The position numbers and the translations under genes are program-made. A stretch of 64,000 nt of DNA, from positions 1,850-65,849 of the forward strand of contig JANPIS010000413.1 in assembly GCA_031425095.1 (NCBI GenBank), read 5' to 3'. Every line of letters starts with the position of its first letter. Positions within the stretch are counted from its first letter, which is position 1. The notes under the pieces are model-generated. The model had not been told where the DNA came from. It worked only from the letters and a program-made list of their open reading frames with translations, and did not search any database. Source of the DNA: Chthoniobacteraceae bacterium (GTDB lineage: Bacteria > Verrucomicrobiota > Verrucomicrobiia > Chthoniobacterales > Chthoniobacteraceae). Of this stretch, positions 56,948-64,000 are shown in pieces.

Positions 56948-57346
56948 ATGAAAACTCGCAATACCCGCATCCTGTCCCTCGTCTCCGCCGCTGCCCTCTT
57001 CGCCGCTGCGGATTTCGCCTCGGCGCAAACCGTCGTCAAGGAAACCACCACTACGACCTCTCTTGGCACGATCAGCGAATTCAGCCCCGAGACGATCGTC
57101 ATCCGCTCGGAGACGGCGCCGGAGCCAATCCGCTACCGTTACACCAAGACCACCACCTATGTGGACGAGGCCGGCCAGCCGGTCTCGATCGAGACAGTGA
57201 AATCGGGCCTGCCCGTCACCGTTTATTACACGAAGGTGGGTGACCAGATGGTAGCTTCGAAGGTCATCGTCCGCAAAGTCGCCGCGGCACCAGCCGTGGA
57301 AAAGAAGACCACTACGACCACCACGATCAAGAAGGAGAAAGAATAA
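56948..57346 (+). CDS. secreted Thr-rich hypothetical protein
   Basis: Internal ATG. Signal peptide MKTRNTRILSLVSAAALFAAADFASA. Confidence 0.55.
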   Translation: MKTRNTRILSLVSAAALFAAADFASAQTVVKETTTTTSLGTISEFSPETIVIRSETAPEPIRYRYTKTTTYVDEAGQPVSIETVKSGLPVTVYYTKVGDQMVASKVIVRKVAAAPAVEKKTTTTTTIKKEKE

Positions 57347-57368
57347 GCCAGTCATGGAGAGATCCATT

Positions 57369-57527
57369 ATGAAATTCGGACCCATGACCCTGCTCGCCAT
57401 CGCCCTGGTAGTGTTGCCGGGTTGCGCTACGGATGAAGCTGTTGTCACTGAAACGACAGTTACGACTGAGGAGACCGCCGTCCACACGCCAGCAGTCTCG
57501 GAGACTCGGACCATCCGCAGTTACTGA
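57369..57527 (+). CDS. 52-aa lipoprotein candidate (below ORF-track cutoff)
   Basis: MKFGPMTLLAIALVVLPGCATDEAVVTETTVTTEETAVHTPAVSETRTIRSY. Lipobox LPGC. Confidence 0.4.
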   Translation: MKFGPMTLLAIALVVLPGCATDEAVVTETTVTTEETAVHTPAVSETRTIRSY

Positions 57528-57631
57528 GCAGCCAGTCGCACTGTGCCCCCCGTCGCGCATCTTGAGAGCGGAACCCTCGCGCTCTCGCGCGGCGGCGGGC
57601 CTCGGCGGCGGATTGCGGCACCCTATTCCCT

Positions 57632-58882
57632 ATGAGAGTTGCTCCTGCTTTCGTCGGGTGTTTGGGGCTGCTGTCCTTCGCGGGCTGCTCCCGCTCTCCC
57701 GAATTCACCCGGCCCCTCCCGTCCGTGGCGAGTGTGCATTCCCCGGCTTTCCGACAGGGGATGGGTGCGGTCGTCGGCGGGACGTTTGTGACTGGTAATC
57801 GCATCACCACCCTCAACAACGGGAACGAAATTTTTCCTGCGATGCTGGCGGCGATCGAGTCCGCCCGTGCGACGATCAACATGGAGATGTTCGTCTTCGA
57901 GAAAGGCGACATTCCGCAACGCTTTGCGGATGCCCTTGCCGCCAGAGCGCGCGCGGGGGTGGAGGTGCGGGTGTTGCTGGACGCGGTAGGCGCGGGCAAG
58001 TCGCGCCAGTATCACGCGGACCTGCGGGCTGCGGGAGTGCTTCTGGAATTGCATCATCGCGTTTGGTGGCCCGATCTGCGGCGCTACAATCACCGCACCC
58101 ATCGCAAGCTTCTGATCGTGGATGGGCGGGTGGGCTTCATCGGCGGCGTCGGAGTCGCGGATCATTGGGACGGCGCGGCCGCTTCGCCCGAGGAATGGCG
58201 GGAAATTCATTACCGCGTCGAAGGCCCAGTGGTCACCCAATTGCAGGGCGCTTTTCAGGACAACTGGGTGCAGGCCCACGACGGCGAGATCCTGCAAGGC
58301 CCGGCGCACTTCCCGGCCCCCGCGATGGCGGGCACGGCGGCCGCCGGTGTCTTTTACAGTTCCCCGCGGCGGCAGCGCTATGGTTCGGAGTTAATGTACC
58401 ACTTGGCTCTGGCTTCCGCCCAGAAGACGATCCGGATTACCAATCCCTACTTTCTTCCTGACCGTGAATTGACGGACGCCCTCTGCGCGGCGGTTCAGCG
58501 GGGAGTGAAGGTGCAAATCCTCCTGCCGGGAGAACACATGGACCAGAAGGCGGTGCGCCGCGCTTCGCGCAAACGGTGGCCGGCCCTGCTCGCCGCAGGC
58601 GTCGAAATTTATGAGTACGAGCCGACCATGATCCACACCAAGCTATTCATCGTGGACGACTATTTCGTCTCCCTCGGCTCGACCAATCTCGACCCGCGCT
58701 CCTTGCGGATCAACGATGAGGCGAATCTGAACGTGCTCGACCGCACGTTTGCGCGGGAGCAGGCCACCCTCTTCGCGAAGGATTTACTCCGCGCCAAACG
58801 GGTCTCCAGCGAATCGGACGGAAGCCGGATAGTGGACCTGCCCGCGCAAGTGCTTCAGACCCCCCTCGAGTCGCAACTCTGA
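57632..58882 (+). CDS. cardiolipin synthase / phospholipase D family protein
   Basis: Two HKD motifs (THRKLLIVDGRVGFIGG and IHTKLFIVDDYFVSLGSTNLD). Lipoprotein-type N-terminus. Confidence 0.9.
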   Translation: MRVAPAFVGCLGLLSFAGCSRSPEFTRPLPSVASVHSPAFRQGMGAVVGGTFVTGNRITTLNNGNEIFPAMLAAIESARATINMEMFVFEKGDIPQRFADALAARARAGVEVRVLLDAVGAGKSRQYHADLRAAGVLLELHHRVWWPDLRRYNHRTHRKLLIVDGRVGFIGGVGVADHWDGAAASPEEWREIHYRVEGPVVTQLQGAFQDNWVQAHDGEILQGPAHFPAPAMAGTAAAGVFYSSPRRQRYGSELMYHLALASAQKTIRITNPYFLPDRELTDALCAAVQRGVKVQILLPGEHMDQKAVRRASRKRWPALLAAGVEIYEYEPTMIHTKLFIVDDYFVSLGSTNLDPRSLRINDEANLNVLDRTFAREQATLFAKDLLRAKRVSSESDGSRIVDLPAQVLQTPLESQL

Positions 58883-59063
58883 AAGGTCGCCTCCTAATGC
58901 GGCGCCTCGGGAAACGGAAGCGTCTCTTCGCCGTTTGCGGCGTCGTCCTGATGAGCTGACTCAACAGGGAAAAGAAGCGAGCGGCCGAATGGGGCCTGCT
59001 CGTTTTGCTTGTCGCCCCCACTAGATGTCCGCATCCCGATTCAGCAACCGGCGGATACGATGT

Positions 59064-59462
59064 TCACGACTTCGTTGTGCGCGCCCTTTTTGATGCCGGC
59101 ACTTTTCCAGCCTTCCCCGGGGGCTTGCGCGTCGCCACCTTGACGCCGGTGGATTTCGCTGCGGCTTTGGTCCGCGCACCCACTTTGCGGACGGCCTTCA
59201 TCGCGCGACCTGCCTTCTTCGCGGCGATCTTTTGGAGTTTGCCGACCGCGGGAGTTCGCGCCAAGCGCGCGCCCGCAGCTTTGAGGTTCTTGGTATTGCC
59301 AGTCATGAGCGTCCCGACTACGCCGCCGACCACCGCACCCACCGGGCCTCCCATGACGCCGCCGACGACCGCGCCGGCTGCGGCTCCGGCCGCTTTCTTG
59401 CGGGGAATGGAAACGGTGATGTCGTCGTCGGCCGCACGTTTGGGGGATTTGGGTTTCTTCAT
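59064..59462 (-). CDS. basic Lys/Ala-rich protein with glycine-zipper segment (histone H1-like tail)
   Basis: AAGAAAGAVVGGVMGGPVGAVVGGVVG followed by a KAAGARLARTP...KKAGRAMKAVRKVGARTKAAAK tail. Confidence 0.55.
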   Translation of the reverse strand: MKKPKSPKRAADDDITVSIPRKKAAGAAAGAVVGGVMGGPVGAVVGGVVGTLMTGNTKNLKAAGARLARTPAVGKLQKIAAKKAGRAMKAVRKVGARTKAAAKSTGVKVATRKPPGKAGKVPASKRARTTKS

Positions 59463-59509
59463 ACCGCGAATATCGGACGCCGACTCTTGCGTGGTTGTGT
59501 GGGATCAGT

Positions 59510-59626
59510 CTATGTGCAGCCACGCATCAGAAAGAGGATGAGGAGCACGGGGATCGGGATGCCGATCAGCCAAAGGAGGCCCCAACCGAGGGCGCCCGAG
59601 ATGGATTGAGTTTTTGAGGTGTTCAT
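59510..59626 (-). CDS. 38-aa hydrophobic peptide ending ...LMRGCT (below ORF-track cutoff)
   Basis: MNTSKTQSISGALGWGLLWLIGIPIPVLLILFLMRGCT. Sits immediately upstream of 59064-59462 on the same strand. Confidence 0.35.
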   Translation of the reverse strand: MNTSKTQSISGALGWGLLWLIGIPIPVLLILFLMRGCT

Positions 59627-59911
59627 TTGCTCCGGATTCGCCGCTCCGGAGCGAAGTGCGCGGGTCGATTTGCTGGCCAAGCCGACATGGCGCAGTTACC
59701 TGAATTTGGAACCGCTGGATCGGATTCCGATTCGGTATCTGACGCGGCCAAAAATCTCAAATCGGATTTCCATGTCGCAATCCTGACGGTCGGGGATGCG
59801 GCCCCCGCGAAATGGCCGGCATCCAGATCGAGTGCCCGAGCGGAAATGTGGCGTTGGACGAAACATTCAAGCGGGCGCCGAAAGCCAAAGCCAAAGACGG
59901 TGGGGGAGCGG

Positions 59912-61660
59912 TTATTCCCGCTTTTTCTCTTCGTCCTTTTTCTTCTCATCCTTGCCCTTGCCCTTGCCATTTTCAGGAGCAGGCGCGGTCGGCTGAGGCT
60001 TTGCAGCCGCAGGCGCGGCCTGCGGACGTTTCTCTACTTTCTTGGCCTGGGGGCGTGGCTCCGACGCGTTGGGCATCTTGCGTTCCTTGCCGCGCGCGGG
60101 AGCGGACTCGACCTTGGGCGGGGCGGCTGGCTTGGCCGGCTGCGTCTTCCTGCCGCCCGCGGCTGGCGACTGCTCGCCCGGCGGCTGCGCCTTCTTCTTT
60201 GTGGTCACGGGACCGGGGGCGACGGGGGTTTTGTCCGGGGCGTCTGCCTTGGGCTCCGCCGATCGTGATGGTGGCAGATTACCCGGCTTTGCGCGCTTTC
60301 CGCCTTTGCCAGACTTGGGTGCCGTCCGCGGCTCTGCGGGTTTCTCCGTCGCAGGGGCAGTCTCGGGCTTGGGGGGTTCCGTCTTAGGTGGAGCGATCGG
60401 TGCGGCGGGGTCGGGAGTCCGCGGCTCGGCAGCACTCTTCGGCTTGGCGGCAGCCTTGGGCTTTCCCTTCGCCCCCTTCGCATTGGGCGAAGATGCCGGT
60501 GGCGTAGTGGCGTCGGGATTGCCGGAAGCGGGCTTCGCTGGAGCGGGTGCCGCGGGATCGGGAGTCGGCAGCTCGGCCGTGCTCTTTGGCTTGGCAGCGT
60601 CCTTGCCCTTTCCTTTCGCACCCTTGGCATTTGGCGGAGACGCCGGTGGCAAAGTGCCATCAGGCTTCACGACCGCGGTGGCCGGCGCATCGGCCGCCTT
60701 CGGCGGGGCGGGGGGTTCCACGGGGGTGGCCGGATCGCTCTTGATCTTGGCGCGGAGTTTTTGCACCTCCGCAGCGGGGCCGGCATTTTTCCAGCCGTTA
60801 TCCACGTCGGCCTTTTTCACTTTCGCGGCCACTTTGCGAGGCGCCGCGGTCGTCTTTTTCTCGGCGAAGGCCGGCGCCAGGACACGGAAGGCGTCGCCTT
60901 CGATCCTGGGCCGCAATTGTTCCCTGCGATCCTCCCCGCGATCGCCATCGAATTCTTCCCGCCTGTCGAGTCTGAACCGGCGGATCGGGTCCGCCGTCTG
61001 GCGCGAAATCACCTCGTACTGCGGGCCTTCGTTATAGACGACATTATTGACGTAGGTGATGCGGGTCACATTGGTCGTCTGGCGGATGATCGTGATATTC
61101 TCGCGCGGCTCGACGATGACGGTGCGCAAACGGGGCGCGCCGAAGTTCCGCGTTTCGACAAAGCTGTAGTTCGTCGGGCCGATATCGTAATCCGCATCCA
61201 CACGGGCACTGAAGCCCACGGAGCGATTGAACGAGGCCTCAGGCGGGAGCGGAGCCCAGCCCACATGCCGCGGACTATGCCGCCATGAGACCCAGGCGGG
61301 CGCCCATTCCCGACCGGGCACCCACACCCAGCCGACCCGATCGACCCGCGCCCACCGGCCATAGTGATATACCGCCCACGAATAGGGCTCGTCCGAATCC
61401 CACGTCCACCCGGCATCGGTATAGACCCAGCGACCGTCGCGATAGGGCCGCCAATCGCTGTCCACATCGCGCGGCTGCCAGCAATAGCCGTAGTCGCCGA
61501 CTTCCCGCCAGTCGCCATAGGGATCCAGGCTGTCGTAGAAGTAATCCACCGACACTTCCACCGCCGCTTGCGCGGAAGGAGGCGCGGTAAAAAGGAGGAG
61601 GGCCGCCGCGAGGAGGGAGCAGGAGGCCGTCGCAGCGAGTGTGGTGGGGATGATTCTCAT
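59912..61660 (-). CDS. DUF6600-type (YxWGxW-repeat) secreted protein with Pro/Ala/Lys-rich repetitive C-terminus
   Basis: Signal peptide. FYDSLDPYGDWREVGDYGYCWQP...WRPYRDGRWVYTDAGWTWDSDEPYSWAVYHYGRWARVDRVGWVWVPGREWAPAWVSW. Confidence 0.8.
   Translation of the reverse strand: MRIIPTTLAATASCSLLAAALLLFTAPPSAQAAVEVSVDYFYDSLDPYGDWREVGDYGYCWQPRDVDSDWRPYRDGRWVYTDAGWTWDSDEPYSWAVYHYGRWARVDRVGWVWVPGREWAPAWVSWRHSPRHVGWAPLPPEASFNRSVGFSARVDADYDIGPTNYSFVETRNFGAPRLRTVIVEPRENITIIRQTTNVTRITYVNNVVYNEGPQYEVISRQTADPIRRFRLDRREEFDGDRGEDRREQLRPRIEGDAFRVLAPAFAEKKTTAAPRKVAAKVKKADVDNGWKNAGPAAEVQKLRAKIKSDPATPVEPPAPPKAADAPATAVVKPDGTLPPASPPNAKGAKGKGKDAAKPKSTAELPTPDPAAPAPAKPASGNPDATTPPASSPNAKGAKGKPKAAAKPKSAAEPRTPDPAAPIAPPKTEPPKPETAPATEKPAEPRTAPKSGKGGKRAKPGNLPPSRSAEPKADAPDKTPVAPGPVTTKKKAQPPGEQSPAAGGRKTQPAKPAAPPKVESAPARGKERKMPNASEPRPQAKKVEKRPQAAPAAAKPQPTAPAPENGKGKGKDEKKKDEEKKRE
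60405..60695. repeat. tandem duplication of a 147-bp (49-codon) unit inside the DUF6600 gene
   Basis: tcgggagtcc...gccggtgg starting at 60411 is repeated starting at 60558. The protein repeat reads PPAS(P/S)PNAKGAKGK.K.AAKPKS.AE..TPDPAAP. Confidence 0.6.
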
Positions 61661-61773
61661 GGCGATGGGAATCGCGGTTGCGCCACGCTACGGACGCCCC
61701 TGTCTAAAAAATTCATGGCAAAGATGCGCGCACCGGGAAGGGCAACCGCGAAGAAGCAGTAAATCCGTATCCC

Positions 61774-61851
61774 ATGAACAACAGCATCTTCTACATCATC
61801 GGTCTCATCGTGGTCGTCGTCGCCATTCTCAAATTCGTCGGCGTCTGGTGA
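61774..61851 (+). CDS. 25-aa hydrophobic peptide (below ORF-track cutoff)
   Basis: MNNSIFYIIGLIVVVVAILKFVGVW. Its stop overlaps the proposed GTG start of the next gene. A similar N-terminus (MNYVFYIMAAVTAILVILK) occurs at 11662. Confidence 0.3.
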   Translation: MNNSIFYIIGLIVVVVAILKFVGVW

Positions 61852-62636
61852 GTCGCCCCTCTCTGGCGGCGCCGCGCTGCCGACCTTTGCATTTCGAAGA
61901 GCAGCTCACCGACGTGCGAGGGATTCCGCTGCACAGCTTCGGTCCTGTGGGCGAAGGGGGTGTGCCGATCGTCCTGGTGCATGGATTGGTCGTGTCGAAT
62001 CGCTACTGGCGGCCTCTCGCCTTGGAGCTCTCGTGCTACGGACAAGTTGAAGCCGTCGATCTTCCGGGTTTCGGAAGAAGTGCCCGTCCCAGCCTAACCT
62101 TCTCGATTTCCGATTTCGCGCGCTATCTCAGCGAATGGCTCGACGCGCGCCGGATCGTTCGCTGCCACCTCATCGCCCACTCGATGGGTGCGCAAGTCGC
62201 GGCGCACGTCGCGTTGCAGTCACCCTCCAGGCTGTTTTCACTCACCCTGATCGGCCCGACGATTGATCGGGCCGCGCCCCGCTGGTGGGAGCAGGGGATT
62301 CGTCTGCTTCGGGGCCTGGCTCGAGAAAACGTCAGCATGTTGCGAATCGTTTTGGGAGATTTCTTTCGAGCCGGCCTCCCCCACACTCTGGGCACGGTGC
62401 GTCGCATGTTTGCCGACTCGATCACGGAGCAGGTGGGCGGAATCGAAACGCCCACGCTGGTGCTCCGGGGTGAGCGCGACCCGATCGCGCCGATGCGCTG
62501 GGTCGAGGATCTGGCGCGGCTGATGCCGGCCGCTCAGGCGCAAGTCATCCCGGGTGGTTCGCACTGTGTGCATTATTCCCATCCGAAGGAGACGGCAGCG
62601 GCCATCCATCACTGGATGCGAGCGACGGCGCTGTAG
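61848..62636 (+). CDS. alpha/beta hydrolase
   Basis: PIVLVHGLVVSNRYW, nucleophile elbow LIAHSMGAQV, C-terminal GGSHCVHYSHP. GTG 61848 chosen as the start; the upstream part of ORF 61641-62636 is Arg-rich noise. Confidence 0.75.
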   Translation: MSRPSLAAPRCRPLHFEEQLTDVRGIPLHSFGPVGEGGVPIVLVHGLVVSNRYWRPLALELSCYGQVEAVDLPGFGRSARPSLTFSISDFARYLSEWLDARRIVRCHLIAHSMGAQVAAHVALQSPSRLFSLTLIGPTIDRAAPRWWEQGIRLLRGLARENVSMLRIVLGDFFRAGLPHTLGTVRRMFADSITEQVGGIETPTLVLRGERDPIAPMRWVEDLARLMPAAQAQVIPGGSHCVHYSHPKETAAAIHHWMRATAL

Positions 62637-62704
62637 GTCAAAATTTTCCACCACCGATACGCGCACTGATCGCGTGGAGCGCGATCTCCCGGAAACCAAA
62701 CCCT

Positions 62705-62863
62705 ATGAAAACCATCCTTGCCTTCGCAGCTCTCGTTATTGTCACCGTAATTCAATCTGGTTGTGCCGCCGGAGCTTCCGTCGGTCACAACGGACACCGC
62801 CATGGCGTTGGCGTCGCGGGCTCGAAAGACGGCGGAGTTTCGGCTGGAGTGCGCGCCTATTGA
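62705..62863 (+). CDS. His-rich mini-lipoprotein, paralogue 2 (52 aa, below ORF-track cutoff)
   Basis: MKTILAFAALVIVTVIQSGCAAGASVGHNGHRHGVGVAGSKDGGVSAGVRAY. Aligns along its whole length with 5458-5619. Confidence 0.6.
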   Translation: MKTILAFAALVIVTVIQSGCAAGASVGHNGHRHGVGVAGSKDGGVSAGVRAY

Positions 62864-62884
62864 TCTAAACCGCACAGTTTTCTG

Positions 62885-62959
62885 CCGGACATGCCGAAGC
62901 CTACGAGGCGGCAGATCGCAAGTCTGCTCTTACCTGTTGCAAATCCCGGGTCCGCCTCC
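62885..62959 (+). promoter_or_regulatory. second copy of the candidate structured RNA element
   Basis: gaggcgg (62905-62911), hairpin gcagat-cgcaa-gtctgc (62911-62927), ccgcctc (62952-62958). Spacing identical to 5654-5707. Confidence 0.4.
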
Positions 62960-62999
62960 AACTGCGCGAAACTCCAACCACTCGGGCGCCTAATCGCTC

Positions 63000-63404
63000 T
63001 TGGCTCAAAGTCACTACCGAGCGACTAGCGCAGCTTCGATTTGCGGAGCGCTGTGGATCGCTGTGCTCCTGGGAACCGCTTGCGAAGTCCGCCCGGAAGC
63101 GAAGTTGCTGACGGAGTGGGAAAAGATTGAAGCCCTGATTTCCTCCATCGAGAAAATGAAGGGAGCCACCTTCATCCGCAACGGGAGTGCGTACAACTCC
63201 GAGACCGCCGCGAACTTTCTGCGGACCAAATGGCACGCCCGCGACAAAGAATTGAAGACCGCCAAGGAGTTCATTGCGCAGGCCGCATCGGTGTCGTCCA
63301 TCTCTGGAGAGCCCTACTTGATCCGGTACGTGGATGGTTCAGAGGTGACATGTGGCGACTATCTTACTGCACAGCTAAGGAAGCTGAATTTGCGCGCTCC
63401 GTAA
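63000..63404 (+). CDS. DUF5329 domain protein
   Basis: EKIEALISSIEKMKGATFIRNGSAYNSETAANFLRTKW....KTAKEFIAQAASVSSISGEPYLIRY. Start codon uncertain (TTG 63000 in the track). Confidence 0.7.
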   Translation: MAQSHYRATSAASICGALWIAVLLGTACEVRPEAKLLTEWEKIEALISSIEKMKGATFIRNGSAYNSETAANFLRTKWHARDKELKTAKEFIAQAASVSSISGEPYLIRYVDGSEVTCGDYLTAQLRKLNLRAP

Positions 63405-63534
63405 GCGCGGCGGCGATCCTCTTCGGTTACCTTCACCGGTTGCCGCGAGTTAATTGTCTGCGCGGGTGGATTTAGTCCCCGCCCCTATTCATAATCATCG
63501 AGATCACAACCCTCTCCACACGCGATAAAGGTGC

Positions 63535-64000
63535 ATGAAGCATTCCCTCCGAACCGCATCACAGCGTTGGCCTGAAATTCTTGGCGTCGCGGCGTTGGGC
63601 GGTCTCGCCACCCTCTTTGTCGCGCGCAATTTCTTCCCTGCGGAAAAGAAGGTCCGCAGTCGCATTGACGCAGATTATCACCCCGGCGACGACGCCTTCC
63701 TCCGCACCATGGGGAATGTTCTGGGGCCGCCCTTGCTGGAGGGAAACAAATGCACGTTGCTGCAAAATGGCGACGAGATTTTTCCCGCCATGCTTGAGGG
63801 CATCCGTTCCGCGGAGCGGACCATTAACTTCGAGAACTTCCTGTGGGCAGAAGGGGAAGTCTCCGATGGAGTCGCCGACGCCCTGGCGGAAAGGGCCTGC
63901 TCCGGCGTGAAAGTCAATTTCCTCCAGGACGCGATGGGATCCAACTGCGTCCGCGGTCGCGCCATCAGCCTTCTCAAACGCTGTGGCGTGCAAGTCGAAA
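63535..64000 (+). CDS. cardiolipin synthase / PLD family protein, partial (runs off window end)
   Basis: Not in the track because it has no stop. ATG 63535: MKHSLRTASQRWPEILGVAALGGLATLFV...GNKCTLLQNGDEIFPAMLEGIRSAERTINFENFLW aligns with the N-terminus of 57632-58882. Confidence 0.85.
   Translation, partial: MKHSLRTASQRWPEILGVAALGGLATLFVARNFFPAEKKVRSRIDADYHPGDDAFLRTMGNVLGPPLLEGNKCTLLQNGDEIFPAMLEGIRSAERTINFENFLWAEGEVSDGVADALAERACSGVKVNFLQDAMGSNCVRGRAISLLKRCGVQVE

Overview
GC-rich bacterial chromosomal window. Many adjacent genes are translationally coupled by ATGA or short overlaps. Gene content (TIGR03067-type protein, DUF6600, sulfatase, DUF6799-like secreted repeat proteins) suggests a PVC/Verrucomicrobiota-like organism; this is inference only. 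No rRNA, tRNA, CRISPR array, transposase or integrase was seen.

Layout:
(1) 1-13.2 kb is housekeeping or accessory. It holds a transglutaminase, a CheY-like regulator, a His-rich mini-lipoprotein followed by a conserved RNA-like element and an MgtC-family gene, and a membrane protein-treZ-glycogen debranching operon.
(2) 13.2-20.1 kb has a mobile-element flavour. It holds an orphan VirB2/VirB3/VirB4-like trio, a divergent single-module Clp/Hsp100-type AAA+ ATPase, small basic proteins, and an MmcB-like PD-(D/E)xK nuclease flanked by hairpin repeats.
(3) 20.3-27.9 kb is a long persulfide/sulfur-oxidation cluster: ArsR, two YeeE/YedE pairs, an MBL-rhodanese fusion, DUF2892, DUF2243, a sulfite-oxidase-like Mo enzyme and a DsrE-like protein.
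(4) 27.9-34.3 kb starts at a recombination scar (a chimeric ORF). It continues with a frameshifted giant N6-methyltransferase/SNF2-helicase of about 1,700 aa (P1 DarB-like architecture) and a TnpV-like gene.
(5) 33.8-39.5 kb has two 487-bp direct repeats. One carries a pseudogenised paralogue of an unknown gene next to split LigD Pol and ligase genes.
(6) 39.6-64 kb holds a sulfatase, a sensor kinase, a stress block (BON, KatE, Mn-catalase, TrxR-like), a second TreZ-like enzyme, two PLD/cardiolipin synthases, a DUF6600 protein, and a second copy of the mini-lipoprotein plus RNA-like element.

Several genes are disrupted. Two carry single-base deletions in homopolymers, which could be assembly errors. 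Many long ORFs in the six-frame track are antisense GC-frame artefacts and are not reported as genes.
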